Of a stretch of 64,000 nucleotides of DNA, positions 1 to 9,996 are shown one piece after another. Position 1 is the first letter of the stretch; each line of letters begins with the position of its first letter. Both the position numbers and the translations under genes were made by a program. This DNA is from a bacterium (GTDB taxonomy: Bacteria; Patescibacteriota; Minisyncoccia; Phycocordibacterales; UBA5272), in the NCBI GenBank assembly GCA_023267535.1, contig JAHFNC010000002.1, forward strand, positions 55,426-119,425, in the 5' to 3' direction. The notes beneath the pieces were generated by a model. That model was given only the letters and a program-made list of their open reading frames with translations, did no database searches and was not told where the DNA came from.

Positions 1-1263
1 TGTGTCTTGAGAATGAGTTTCCATATTTCTAACAATAACAGTATTTTCCATGGCTTCTTTTTGTCCGAAGATTATACAGTAAGGAATATTTGTTTTCTCA
101 GCTAGGCTTAATTGGGCGCCAAGAGAATCTTTGGACAATGACTGCTGAACTGGAATTTTTGCTTTTCTTAAAATTTCCATAACACAAAGACTTTTTAGTT
201 TTGCTTCAAAACCAAGTTGTATAAAATAAATTTTTGGAGTTTTAATTATTCTTGGAGCGATTGATTTGCATTCTGGAAACATTTTTACTCTTTCCATACC
301 AATTCCTGTTCCCACTGATGGTACATCTTTCTTAGCTCCCATCTCTCTTGCTAAATAATCATATCTTCCACCTCCGGTTATTGTTATTTCTTTTTCTTTT
401 CCATTTTCATCAACATCAAGTTTGATAACTTCAAACACTGTTCTTGAATAATATGACAATCCTCTAACTAAAGAATTATTTATTCTGTAAGGTATGGCCA
501 TTTCTTCCAAATACTGAAGAACTTCCTTGAAGTGCTTTCTGGCATCGGCTGAAAGGAAAGAAAGTGACGCTGGCGCATTTTCTTTAAATGGCTGACATTG
601 TTCTTGTTTGCAATCAAGTAGGCGAAGGGGATTTGTCTTTATTCTTTCGTTACAATCTTTACACAAAGCGCCTAAGTGCTTTTTATAATAATTGGTCAAT
701 TCTTTTATGAAAACTGATCTAGTTTCTTTATCTCCCATTGAATTTATATCTACAACCAAATCCTTGAATCCGAATTCTTCAAGAATAGTAATCGTGGTGC
801 GAATTATCATGGCATCAGCCACCGATTTTTCCGTGCCCATTATTTCTAGATTAAATTGTCTGAATTGTCGAAGTCTTCCGCGTTGTGGGTTCTCGTGTCT
901 ATAAACTGGTCCGTATGAATATAACATCACTGGTTGTGGTAAGGTTTGCATTCCGTGTTCTAGATAGGCACGCATAACACTTGCTGTAAATTCTGGTCGA
1001 ACAGCTAATCTATCTGCTCCTTTTCCACGAAAGGAATACATTTCTTTTTCCACAACATCAGTTCCTTCTCCGATGGCTGAAATAAATACATCTTCTTTTT
1101 CTAGAAGTGGTGTTTCTATTGGTTGAAAGCCGTAATAGACAGCGACCTCTTGAGCTTTTTCAAATAATCCTTGAAATGAATAATATTCTTCACCTATCAA
1201 ATCATTCATTCCTTTTAACGACTGTGGGACTTCCTTTTTTTCCTTTTTTATTTCGTTTGTCAT
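1..1263 (-). CDS. hisS: Histidine--tRNA ligase (3' end runs off the window)
   Basis: Manual translation from ATG at 1263: MTNEIKKEKKEVPQSLKGMND...GFQPIETP...KEMYSF...RPEFTAS...YRHENPQRGRLRQF, typical HisRS motifs. Missing from the ORF track because it has no stop in the window. Confidence 0.95.
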   Translation of the reverse strand, partial: MTNEIKKEKKEVPQSLKGMNDLIGEEYYSFQGLFEKAQEVAVYYGFQPIETPLLEKEDVFISAIGEGTDVVEKEMYSFRGKGADRLAVRPEFTASVMRAYLEHGMQTLPQPVMLYSYGPVYRHENPQRGRLRQFRQFNLEIMGTEKSVADAMIIRTTITILEEFGFKDLVVDINSMGDKETRSVFIKELTNYYKKHLGALCKDCNERIKTNPLRLLDCKQEQCQPFKENAPASLSFLSADARKHFKEVLQYLEEMAIPYRINNSLVRGLSYYSRTVFEVIKLDVDENGKEKEITITGGGRYDYLAREMGAKKDVPSVGTGIGMERVKMFPECKSIAPRIIKTPKIYFIQLGFEAKLKSLCVMEILRKAKIPVQQSLSKDSLGAQLSLAEKTNIPYCIIFGQKEAMENTVIVRNMETHSQDT

Positions 1264-1274
1264 ATTATTTATTC

Positions 1275-2000
1275 TTAGTATACATATTTCCCCGGTTCAA
1301 GACTAAAGTCTTTAATTGGCAGTATTTTAAGCAATACCTGCCCGCGCATATACTTTTTGTCTACTGGGCCAAAGAATCGACTATCATAACTTTGGGCGCG
1401 ATTGTCACCCATAACAAAATATTGATCCTGAGTTAATTGTACATCAACATTTTTCATTAAATCAGGGTATTTTACAAATGATTCATTCAAAACAAACCCT
1501 TTTGGATTTTCTTTATTATAAATAGTGGTTACTCCATTTATAACAACAACTCTTTCTCCAGGAAGACCCATTATTCTTTTAATTAAATATTTTCCACCAT
1601 ATGGGTCATTTGTATTTTCGTATAATTTAAATATGGCGATTTCTCCTCTTTCTGGCGCCCTATGTAAAAATGAGAACTTATCAACCAATAAAAACTCCTT
1701 ATCGTGGAAAGTTGGGAGCATTGAACCACCTTCTACGACGAATGGCTGAACCAATACCGTTTGTATTAGTTTTACAGCAATGACAGCACCAACTACCCAA
1801 ATAAGTAGCGATACTGGACGTTCATCTTTTTCCAAGACACTAGCTTGCACCATTTTTTCTTTCCACCATGGAGAGAAGATGGCTAAAGTTATTGAAAGAA
1901 TTAAAACAAGAATTATTAAAAACAAAACTGTGCTTAATGGATTTTGAGTGATATCAACAAACGATTCAACAAAAGAATTTATGATAAGAGAAGTAATCAT
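1275..2000 (-). CDS. lepB: Signal peptidase I
   Basis: GGSMLPT (catalytic Ser), IKRIMGLPGE (Lys), GDNRAQSYDSR. Start moved to ATG 2000, which lies 7 nt after a TGTATACT -10 box. Confidence 0.93.
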   Translation of the reverse strand: MITSLIINSFVESFVDITQNPLSTVLFLIILVLILSITLAIFSPWWKEKMVQASVLEKDERPVSLLIWVVGAVIAVKLIQTVLVQPFVVEGGSMLPTFHDKEFLLVDKFSFLHRAPERGEIAIFKLYENTNDPYGGKYLIKRIMGLPGERVVVINGVTTIYNKENPKGFVLNESFVKYPDLMKNVDVQLTQDQYFVMGDNRAQSYDSRFFGPVDKKYMRGQVLLKILPIKDFSLEPGKYVY

Positions 2001-2052
2001 TTCAAGTAGTATACAGACGAGAGATAAATGTTGCAAGATTTTTTGAAAACGA

Positions 2053-2160
2053 AGAATGAAGATAGAAGCTAGCAGAAAGAAGTAACTCGTAAGTTTCGCA
2101 AAGCGAAACTTACGATGAGCTTTTATCATTCATCATTCATACTTCTAACTTCTTATTTTT
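2053..2160. repeat. Heptamer arrays flanking a 13-bp perfect hairpin (GC-AAA-GC loop)
   Basis: tcgtaagtttcgc-aaa-gcgaaacttacga at 2087-2115; agaatga/agataga/agaaaga on the left, tcattca x2/tacttct on the right. Confidence 0.7.
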
Positions 2161-2177
2161 TCGTGTATCATATGATA

Positions 2178-2696
2178 ATGATTTACACACTCGTGCCACT
2201 AGGTAATCCCGGAAAAAATTACGAGACAACTCGTCACAATGCTGCCAGAATTGTTTTATCTTTAATCACAAAAGATTTAAGCTGTGAAGTTTTTGTTCCG
2301 AAAACTTTTATGAACGAAAGTGGAGTAGCTATTAAAGAATATTTGAAATATCACAGCGAGAGAGAAATAATAATTATGTACGATGACAAGGATTTACCGA
2401 TTGGAACAATCAGAATTTCTCATGATAGGGGAGATGGAGGACATAATGGTCTTAAAAACATAATTGAGCAATTAGGAAAGAAAGATTTTATCAGAATTCG
2501 TATCGGTATTGCGCCAAAAGAAACTGATGGGAAAACAGTTTTAGCGCCATCGGGAGAAATGGTCCAAAAATTCGTTCTTGAAAATTTTACAGATGAAGAA
2601 ATTGTTTCTTTAAAGGGGACTGCTGATAGGGTTTATGATGCTGTAAATACAATAGTGAAAGAGGGCTTCCAAAAAGCAATGGATTTGTATAACTAA
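2178..2696 (+). CDS. pth: Peptidyl-tRNA hydrolase
   Basis: LGNPG..Y..TRHN, PKTFMNESG, GGHNGLK, RIRIGI motifs. Start shortened relative to the ORF track. Confidence 0.95.
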   Translation: MIYTLVPLGNPGKNYETTRHNAARIVLSLITKDLSCEVFVPKTFMNESGVAIKEYLKYHSEREIIIMYDDKDLPIGTIRISHDRGDGGHNGLKNIIEQLGKKDFIRIRIGIAPKETDGKTVLAPSGEMVQKFVLENFTDEEIVSLKGTADRVYDAVNTIVKEGFQKAMDLYN

Positions 2697-2700
2697 AATA

Positions 2701-2726
2701 AAAACTCCAATTCGTATTGGAGTTTT
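2701..2726. terminator. Intrinsic terminator, probably bidirectional
   Basis: aaaactccaat-tcgt-attggagtttt directly after the pth stop. Confidence 0.75.
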
Positions 2727-2762
2727 CTTAAACCTGCAACGCAGGGGATGTTTCTTTTTGGG

Positions 2763-2891
2763 TCACAAAGAACTTGAACTGGTTGTTACAACGGTATGAA
2801 TGATGTACCCCCAAATAATAGACAAAAGAATTGTTGCCAAGACAGTAGGGGTATTCGGTATATTGCTAACGAGAATATTGTATATATCCAT
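2763..2891 (-). CDS. Small hypothetical membrane peptide (42 aa)
   Basis: MDIYNILVSNIPNTPTVLATILLSIIWGYIIHTVVTTSSSSL*, preceded by GGAG and a TTGACA-N16-TATACT promoter on the minus strand. Confidence 0.45.
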   Translation of the reverse strand: MDIYNILVSNIPNTPTVLATILLSIIWGYIIHTVVTTSSSSL

Positions 2892-3034
2892 TTCAATTTT
2901 CTCCAGTTATCAGATAAGAACAGTATATCATATATAATGTTTTTGTCAATAGATTGCTTAGACTGTGAGTCTATTGGAACAAAATTAGTAAATGATGTAA
3001 TCTAAAGATATTGAGTTCTTTTGGAGCCACTGTC

Positions 3035-3421
3035 ATGCAAGAAATAATTTTGTGTGAAGTGGGGAAGCCACTTCATCTTGATGTTGAAAGTATTTCTGAT
3101 TGGGGAAATGAATTGTTTGGATTACTTTACTCAAGCAATGACGATAAATACAAAGAATACACCCGTCTACTTCGTCGTTATGACCGAATGGCGTGGCAAC
3201 ATCATGATTGTTCGTATTGCAAAGAGCCTATATCTTCTGGCGATTGGTATGAAGCTTATGTCTATGTATCAAAAAGCCCGGAGAAGAAGAGCTGTGTGTG
3301 GGTGGAGAAGCGCCACTATCCAGAATGTCCCGAACGACTCAGGGATTATGAGGAAGAGATGAGACGCGAATGGGAAAAAGAAGACCGCGCCAGAGAAGAA
3401 TCAGCGAAAAAAGCAGCGTAA
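3035..3421 (+). CDS. Hypothetical protein with possible Zn-binding CxxC...HxxxC motif
   Basis: HDCSYCKE...RHYPECP; GGAG before ATG 3035; terminator immediately after the stop. Confidence 0.7.
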   Translation: MQEIILCEVGKPLHLDVESISDWGNELFGLLYSSNDDKYKEYTRLLRRYDRMAWQHHDCSYCKEPISSGDWYEAYVYVSKSPEKKSCVWVEKRHYPECPERLRDYEEEMRREWEKEDRAREESAKKAA

Positions 3422-3448
3422 AAGCGCGACCGAAGGTCGCGCTTTTTT
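3421..3448. terminator. Bidirectional intrinsic terminator
   Basis: aaagcgcgacc-gaa-ggtcgcgcttttt between convergent genes. Confidence 0.85.
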
Positions 3449-3469
3449 CTTTGAGTTTATTTTTTGAAT

Positions 3470-4534
3470 TTACTTTGCAAGAGTTAAAGTCATTCTCTCT
3501 TCATTTGGATCAAATACATTTATACTAAATTTGTATCCTTTTCCAAGTGATAATGCTTCGCGAAGTTTTGCTTCATCTCCGAAATCGGAAACATGAACTA
3601 ATCCCGCTACTCCTTCTTCAATTGAAACTAGCGCACCATGCTTGTTGAATTTAATAACAACACCACTGACTGCATCTCCTTTTTTGTATTTCTTACCAGC
3701 CTCTTTCCAAGGATTTTCCTTAAGAGCCTTAATTGAAAGAGATATCTTTCCATCTTTGATTTCAATTATTTTAGCGCGAACTTTATCTCCCACATGAGCG
3801 TGACTCTTAGTGTCTTCTACAAGACCCCAATCAATTTCGCTCTTGTGAACCAATCCTTCTACTCCGTCATCTAGTTTAATGAAGATACCGAAATCTACGA
3901 CTCCAGTAACTGTTCCGTCAACTTCATCTCCAACCAAATGATTTCCGGAAATAATTTCCTTCGCTTCTTTATTTTCACCATTTCCGTCCTTTTCAGAGAA
4001 AATAAGTTTTCCTTCCTTTGGAATAGCACTAATAATAGAAACTGAAATTCTCTTTCCAATCAATTTCTTTAGCTCACGAAGAATCTTATCTTTATCTCCA
4101 TCTTCAATACGAGGATAATTTTCTTCTTTCAATTGTGATGCTGGAAGAAATCCAGCTAGTCCTTGCCACTCTATTATTAGTCCACCCTTGTTAGCGTCTT
4201 TAACGACCAAATCCATAACTCTTTTATCACGAATCGCAAGTTCTGCATCGCTCCACATAAGAGCTTGGCGAGCTTCCTTAAGAGAAAGTTCTACATAACC
4301 ATCGTAGTTCTCTCTTAAAATAACTTTCGCCTTGATTGTGTCATTAATGTTTATTCTTTTGATAACATCACGCGCGTTTATGAATTCAATACCATAAATG
4401 ATACCTGTTCCAGAAACGCCAAGGTCAACGAATAGGGCTGATTTTTCAATCGCTACTACTATTCCTTCGACAATGTCATCTGTCTTTATAACGTTTAAGT
4501 TTTCTGTTTTTTCTATTGTTGTTGTGTCTGTCAT
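3470..4534 (-). CDS. rpsA: 30S ribosomal protein S1 (short form, about 4 S1 domains)
   Basis: Repeated S1 OB-fold motifs (GFLPASQL, FGIFIKL..GVEGLVHKSEI, ISLSIKAL..NPW). Confidence 0.9.
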   Translation of the reverse strand: MTDTTTIEKTENLNVIKTDDIVEGIVVAIEKSALFVDLGVSGTGIIYGIEFINARDVIKRININDTIKAKVILRENYDGYVELSLKEARQALMWSDAELAIRDKRVMDLVVKDANKGGLIIEWQGLAGFLPASQLKEENYPRIEDGDKDKILRELKKLIGKRISVSIISAIPKEGKLIFSEKDGNGENKEAKEIISGNHLVGDEVDGTVTGVVDFGIFIKLDDGVEGLVHKSEIDWGLVEDTKSHAHVGDKVRAKIIEIKDGKISLSIKALKENPWKEAGKKYKKGDAVSGVVIKFNKHGALVSIEEGVAGLVHVSDFGDEAKLREALSLGKGYKFSINVFDPNEERMTLTLAK

Positions 4535-4758
4535 AAAAAATATCCAGCACGATATGGCTGGATTTGCTCACATCGGTTCGGTTTCTTCCGTTTATTTTTG
4601 CAAATAATTGGAAGGGTTACGCCGAATCGTCTTCTATTAAAGAATGTTTAGATACTACAATATTTCTAAATAATTAGCAAATTAAAAAGGCGCTGTCTAG
4701 AAAAGGCAACACCTCAATATGATGGCATTATTTTGTTTTAATAATCAGTCATACTTAC

Positions 4759-5274
4759 TCAGAGCTGAGCTTGTATTTGTAGCGGTAGAGTGTGGCGCAG
4801 CTTGCGCTCACTTCTCTTACCATAACCCTTTGCTTTCTTTCTGGTCGGCTCTATTAAAGCCGAGCCACTGCAAACAAGGCCCTTGGCATCTTCTTGTTGT
4901 TGTAGAATCAGTATTTTCAACTCCTCCGTTTCAACAATCCGCGGAGATACTTCTTTGACGACTTTCTTGACTTCAGCGGCCACTAAAAATTCTTCGCCGT
5001 TATTTTCATTGTTGTCGATCAAAAATACTTCGTTGTCGGCCAAGAGCTCCTCGCCTAAATCAAATCCTTCATCTTCGGCCAAAGATTCTTCGCTCCCATT
5101 TCCACAACCAAAAGGAGTAGAATCGTGAGTCGTGTCGACATAGAATCTGATCGGGTCATAGCGAACATTTTCAAGAGCATCGTCTGACCCGAAAATCAAA
5201 TGTTCACTTTCCATAAAGCAAACTGCCATTGCTGGCATACTGCGCATAAAGACATCAACACCCGTCGTGGTCAT
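4759..5274 (-). CDS. Hypothetical acidic protein
   Basis: 171-aa ORF with AGGGG SD-like site and an upstream promoter/boxA-like motif; no family recognised. Confidence 0.6.
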   Translation of the reverse strand: MTTTGVDVFMRSMPAMAVCFMESEHLIFGSDDALENVRYDPIRFYVDTTHDSTPFGCGNGSEESLAEDEGFDLGEELLADNEVFLIDNNENNGEEFLVAAEVKKVVKEVSPRIVETEELKILILQQQEDAKGLVCSGSALIEPTRKKAKGYGKRSERKLRHTLPLQIQAQL

Positions 5275-5347
5275 CTCGTTCCCCTAGTTATTTGTTACTG
5301 AATCAAAAAGAACTCTTCACTACAAACCTACAAACAGCGGCACATCT

Positions 5348-5365
5348 ACCTGTCGGCAGACAGGT
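5348..5365. repeat. Short REP-like palindrome
   Basis: acctgtc-ggca-gacaggt, intergenic. Confidence 0.5.
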
Positions 5366-5453
5366 CTTCCCTTAAACTATCAATTCCTGCACTTTAGTCA
5401 AGTTGATAAGTATTTGATAAAAGTTCCTCACAGAAAGCTGACGAGGAACCTTT

Positions 5454-5516
5454 TTAACTCCTCGGCTCGGAAGAGAAAAAGATTACTTTTTCTCTTCTCT
5501 CGCTTTACGTCGTTAA
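5454..5516. repeat. Intergenic imperfect palindrome
   Basis: ttaac...gaagagaaaaag-atta-ctttttctcttc...gttaa. Confidence 0.5.
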
Positions 5517-5558
5517 TAAATTTTTTTCACTTTTTCCAAAATATGCTAGAATTGCGAG

Positions 5559-6194
5559 ATGATTATTACTAATTTCGGAAGACAGCATTTTAAGTTGCAA
5601 GTTGGCGATTTAACCTTTGCTATCAACCCAGTTTCAAAAGAAGGTAGGGGAAAAATTGTTAAATATGGTGCTGATGTTTGTTTAATTACCACCAATCATC
5701 CAGATTATAACGGCATTGACCAAGTGACTCATGGAGACAAAGTCCCTTTCGTTATTAGAGGTGCAGGTGAATACGAAGTGGCTGGTATTTTTATAAAAGG
5801 ATTTAATACTGAAGTTGAATTAATGGACGGCAAGAAGAAAAAGAAATATCAAAACACAAGTTATTGTTTTTCTTTTGACGGAATAAAAGTTACTTTCTTG
5901 GGAGCTCTTCATCAAAAACTTGAACCACAACATAAAGAGGTTATTGATGAAACAGATATTTTATTTGTTCCAGTTGGCGGTGACGATACTACTCTTAATC
6001 CATACGACGCTGAAAAGTTAGCGGTATCTCTTGAGCCACACCTTATAATTCCTATGGACTATGACGAGAAAACAATACCAATCTTTTTGAAAGAAGCTGG
6101 TGCTGAAAAAATCGAGCCAGTTGAAAAGCTAACTATTAAGAGAAAAGATATAGAGGGTAAACTCGGAGAGGTAATTCTATTCGTAGAATTGTAA
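5559..6194 (+). CDS. MBL-fold metallo-hydrolase (Lactamase_B_3-like, degenerate metal motif)
   Basis: ADVCLITTNHPDYN, GAGEYEV, DILFVPVGG, LEPHLIIPMDY pattern. Confidence 0.8.
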   Translation: MIITNFGRQHFKLQVGDLTFAINPVSKEGRGKIVKYGADVCLITTNHPDYNGIDQVTHGDKVPFVIRGAGEYEVAGIFIKGFNTEVELMDGKKKKKYQNTSYCFSFDGIKVTFLGALHQKLEPQHKEVIDETDILFVPVGGDDTTLNPYDAEKLAVSLEPHLIIPMDYDEKTIPIFLKEAGAEKIEPVEKLTIKRKDIEGKLGEVILFVEL

Positions 6195-6243
6195 TAATAA
6201 TCTTTTAATTTTAAAGTTTGTGTTTTTGCTATAATAAGACCAA

Positions 6244-6591
6244 ATGCACTGGACTATTAAGAAATATATAAAGTATTTGAGGAGACAGCATATTCACATT
6301 CAAGAAATGCATGCTTTTGTATTTGCTATTTCTATTACCGCAGTTATTTCTTTTTTTGTTTTATACACCCAATATGGATTTTGGCATCCAAGATATGACA
6401 GATTGCAAGATAATTTTACCGACACAAATAATACAAACACAGATACAAACACAATAGCAAACCAAGAACAAAAACCAGAAGCGCCAGGGGAAATGTTATC
6501 TAGATTTTTTGGTGAAGCCAAGACTAAATTTTCAAATTTAGGAACAGCAGGAGCTCAAATGCTTAACGCCACCGAGACTTATCAAAAATAA
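6244..6591 (+). CDS. Hypothetical single-pass membrane protein
   Basis: One hydrophobic segment; TGcTATAAT 8 nt before the ATG. Confidence 0.7.
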   Translation: MHWTIKKYIKYLRRQHIHIQEMHAFVFAISITAVISFFVLYTQYGFWHPRYDRLQDNFTDTNNTNTDTNTIANQEQKPEAPGEMLSRFFGEAKTKFSNLGTAGAQMLNATETYQK

Positions 6592-6678
6592 AATTTACGG
6601 AATTTAATTATTTATAGTCTTATAATTTTGTGAATATTTTACTAGAATTTTTTTATAAAATATGGTAGAATATAACCT

Positions 6679-9156
6679 ATGTCAAAGAAGAAGGAAGAGC
6701 CTGTAGAGGCTGAAAAACCCCCTGAAAATAAAGGATTAAAAGCTGTTAGTATCACTGAAGAAATGCGTAGAGCGTATCTTGATTATGCGATGAGTGTTAT
6801 CACTGCTCGTGCTTTACCTGACGCCCGTGACGGTCTTAAGCCAGTACATCGTCGAATTTTATTTGCGATGAATAATATGGGTCTAACTGCTGGAGCTAAG
6901 TACAGAAAGTCGGCAACAATTGTTGGAGAAGTGCTAGGTAATTATCACCCACACGGAGATGCTTCTGTTTATGATGCTATGGTTAAATCGGCTCAAGATT
7001 TTTCATATCGTTATCCTTTAGTGATGGGCCAAGGAAACTTCGGGTCACTTGATGGTGACGGAGCCGCTGCTTATCGTTATACCGAGGCTAAGATGTCTAG
7101 AATTTCAATGGAGATGATGAGTGATATTGAAAAAGAAACAGTTGATATGGTTGCTAATTACGATGGAACAAAGAAAGAGCCGACTGTTTTGCCAACAACT
7201 GTGCCAGCACTTTTATTAAACGGAACTTTAGGTATTGCGGTTGGAATGGCTACAAATATTCCGCCACATAATTTAAATGAAGTTATAGATGCTACTACCC
7301 ACTTGATTGATAATCCAAGCGCAACTAACGAAGATTTGTGTGAGTTTGTAAAAGGACCAGATTTTCCAGTTGGTGGGATTGCTTTTGGTCAGTCAGATAT
7401 TCGTGCTGCTTATGCTACCGGTCGCGGTGGTGTTGTTTGTCGTGGAGAAGCGGAAATTACTGAAACAAAAAACGGACAATTCCAAATTATCATCACTTCA
7501 ATTCCGTTTCGTGTTGTTAAATCAAATTTAATTGAAAATATTGCCGACTTAGTGCGCGAGAAAAAAATTGACGGAATAAAAGGACTTCGCGACGAATCCA
7601 CTAAAGATATTCGCGTGGTCATTGATTTAAAGAGTGGCACTCAACCACAAAAAGTTTTAAATTATTTATATAAGCACACCGAACTTGAAGCTACTTTCCA
7701 TTACAATGTGGTGGCTTTAGTTGACGGTATTCCGCAAACTCTTTCTCTAAAGGTGGCGCTTGATGAATTTATAAAACACAGAGTAGATGTTGTAAAAAGA
7801 CGCACTGAGTTTGATTTGAGACGCGCATTAGAAAAAGAACACATCTTACTCGGTCTTAAAAAAGCACTGGACCATATTGATGAAATTATTCAGACAATTA
7901 AGAAATCAAAAGATACACCGGACGCTCACGCTCAATTGATGAAGAAGTTTAAGTTCTCAGAAATTCAAGCTACCGCAATTCTAGAAATGAAATTGCAACG
8001 CTTAGCTGGACTTGAAAGAAAGAAGATTGAAGATGATTTGAAAGCTGTTCAGGCGCTTATTGCTGAACTTAAAACCATATTGGCAAGTAAGGCTAGAATG
8101 ATGAAGATTATCAAAGAAGAACTTACTAATATTAGAGATAAATACGGCGATGAAAGAAGAACAAAAATCGTAAAACATCGCGCCAAGGAATTTAATCCAG
8201 AAGATTTGATTGCCGAAAAAGAAGAAGTTTTGGTATTCACTGCTGGTGGCTATGTAAAAAGAACCGACCCAGATGAATTTAGAACACAAAAGCGTGGTGG
8301 GGTGGGTGTGGTTGACATGAATACCAAAGAAGAAGACTTCGTGACAATGTCACTTACTACTTCGTCTCACTCTGATTTATTGTTCTTTACTGACAAAGGA
8401 AAAGCATATCAAATAAAAATGTATGAACTTCCAGAAGGAAAGCGTGCCACTCGTGGAAAGAGTATTGTGAATTTCCTACAACTTGGTTCTGATGAAAAAG
8501 TAACCAGTATTTTGCCGATGTCCAAAGAATTTAAGAATGCAAAGAACGAAGAGGTGTCACTGATGATGATTACTAAGAATGGAACCGTGAAGAAATGCTC
8601 AGCTGACAGCTTTAAAGATGTTAGAAGAAGTGGTTTGATTGCGATTAAACTAGATACCGATGATGAATTGCTAGTAGCGCTGTTTGTTTCTGGAGAAGAT
8701 AGTGTGATTTTAACAACTCAAGGAGGGCAATCGATTCGCTTTAGTCATACTGATGTTAGAGAAATGGGACGTACCGCAGCTGGGGTAATTGGAATGCGTC
8801 TTGATAAAGGTGATCAAATAGTAGCGTCTGATAAAATATTAGGTGGAACAAAAGGTGGTGAACTTCTTATTTTGACAGCTAATGGTTACGGAAAAAAGAC
8901 AAAACTTTCTGAATACAAAATACAAAAACGTGGTGGAAGTGGAATGAAAACTGTAAAAGTTACAGAAAAAACTGGAAAATTAATGGTGGCAAAAGTTGTG
9001 AATAGCGAAATTGCAGAATTATTGGCAGTATCAAAACAATCTCAAGTTATTCGTACAGAACTTACTTCTATTCCAACGTTAGGGCGCGATACACAAGGGG
9101 TACGCATAATGAAGCTTCGTGAAGGAGACTCCGTCGCATCCTTTAATCTTCTTTAA
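6679..9156 (+). CDS. gyrA: DNA gyrase subunit A
   Basis: [33 protein letters not shown], GyrA-box-like QKRGGVG and beta-pinwheel C-terminal repeats. Confidence 0.98.
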   Translation: MSKKKEEPVEAEKPPENKGLKAVSITEEMRRAYLDYAMSVITARALPDARDGLKPVHRRILFAMNNMGLTAGAKYRKSATIVGEVLGNYHPHGDASVYDAMVKSAQDFSYRYPLVMGQGNFGSLDGDGAAAYRYTEAKMSRISMEMMSDIEKETVDMVANYDGTKKEPTVLPTTVPALLLNGTLGIAVGMATNIPPHNLNEVIDATTHLIDNPSATNEDLCEFVKGPDFPVGGIAFGQSDIRAAYATGRGGVVCRGEAEITETKNGQFQIIITSIPFRVVKSNLIENIADLVREKKIDGIKGLRDESTKDIRVVIDLKSGTQPQKVLNYLYKHTELEATFHYNVVALVDGIPQTLSLKVALDEFIKHRVDVVKRRTEFDLRRALEKEHILLGLKKALDHIDEIIQTIKKSKDTPDAHAQLMKKFKFSEIQATAILEMKLQRLAGLERKKIEDDLKAVQALIAELKTILASKARMMKIIKEELTNIRDKYGDERRTKIVKHRAKEFNPEDLIAEKEEVLVFTAGGYVKRTDPDEFRTQKRGGVGVVDMNTKEEDFVTMSLTTSSHSDLLFFTDKGKAYQIKMYELPEGKRATRGKSIVNFLQLGSDEKVTSILPMSKEFKNAKNEEVSLMMITKNGTVKKCSADSFKDVRRSGLIAIKLDTDDELLVALFVSGEDSVILTTQGGQSIRFSHTDVREMGRTAAGVIGMRLDKGDQIVASDKILGGTKGGELLILTANGYGKKTKLSEYKIQKRGGSGMKTVKVTEKTGKLMVAKVVNSEIAELLAVSKQSQVIRTELTSIPTLGRDTQGVRIMKLREGDSVASFNLL

Positions 9157-9275
9157 GAAAGTCATAAATTGCGAAGCTACTTTGTCGCTACAAAATTTTT
9201 TAATTCACCGTAGGTCTACTACGCTTCATTAAAAAATTTCTAGGCTTCGCGTATCTTCATCAATTTCTGACTTTC
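9157..9275. repeat. About 120-bp palindromic element, copy 1 (MITE/ERIC-like)
   Basis: gaaagtcataaattgcgaagctac...gtatcttcatcaatttctgactttc; homologous to 16421-16545. Confidence 0.8.
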
Positions 9276-9426
9276 TGAATACAAACTCAAGTCAATTTTT
9301 GCGGTTCATGACTAATAGATTTTATGTAGAAGGTTTTTATAATTTTGACTTTTGACTTTTGCGTTTTGACTTTCGAAACATTGTTTTCCACTACTAACAA
9401 TCAATCATTAACTATATACTATCTGT

Positions 9427-9951
9427 ATGTCTTTTCTTACTCCCGACCATTTGGTTGCCGAACTTAATTTAAAACAAGGATCTGTTGTTATGGATATTGG
9501 TTGTGGTAGTGGCGCATACACCGTTGCCTTGGCCAGAGCAGTTGGTAATACTGGAAAAGTTTATGCTATAGATATCAATCGTGAGATTTTACACACACTC
9601 GCCAATACTTTAGAAAAAAATAGTATTTTAAATGTGGATACTCTTTGGGCAGATATTGAATCTGAGATTCCGGTTGATGCTTATAGTGCTGACGCTGTTG
9701 TCTTATCAAATGTTTTATTTCAATTAGAAGACATTGATAAAGCTTTAAATAATATAGAAAAAGTCTTGAAACCAAAGGGTGAAATGCTGGTAGTTGAATG
9801 GAAAGAAAGCAGTGTTGGCATTGGTCCACATACATCTCAAGTGATAAGTGAGGAAGAAATTGAAAAAATTTTATTGAAACATAAAATTAGAATTGTAAGA
9901 AGACTTTCGGCCGGAAGTTATCATTATGCCTTTACGGCAATAGTAGATTAG
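9427..9951 (+). CDS. Class I SAM-dependent methyltransferase
   Basis: VMDIGCGSG motif I, VYAIDI, LKPKG. Confidence 0.9.
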   Translation: MSFLTPDHLVAELNLKQGSVVMDIGCGSGAYTVALARAVGNTGKVYAIDINREILHTLANTLEKNSILNVDTLWADIESEIPVDAYSADAVVLSNVLFQLEDIDKALNNIEKVLKPKGEMLVVEWKESSVGIGPHTSQVISEEEIEKILLKHKIRIVRRLSAGSYHYAFTAIVD

Positions 9952-9996
9952 GCAAAATCCACTTCTCACTTTCGTTTTTTGTGAGATAATCAATTT

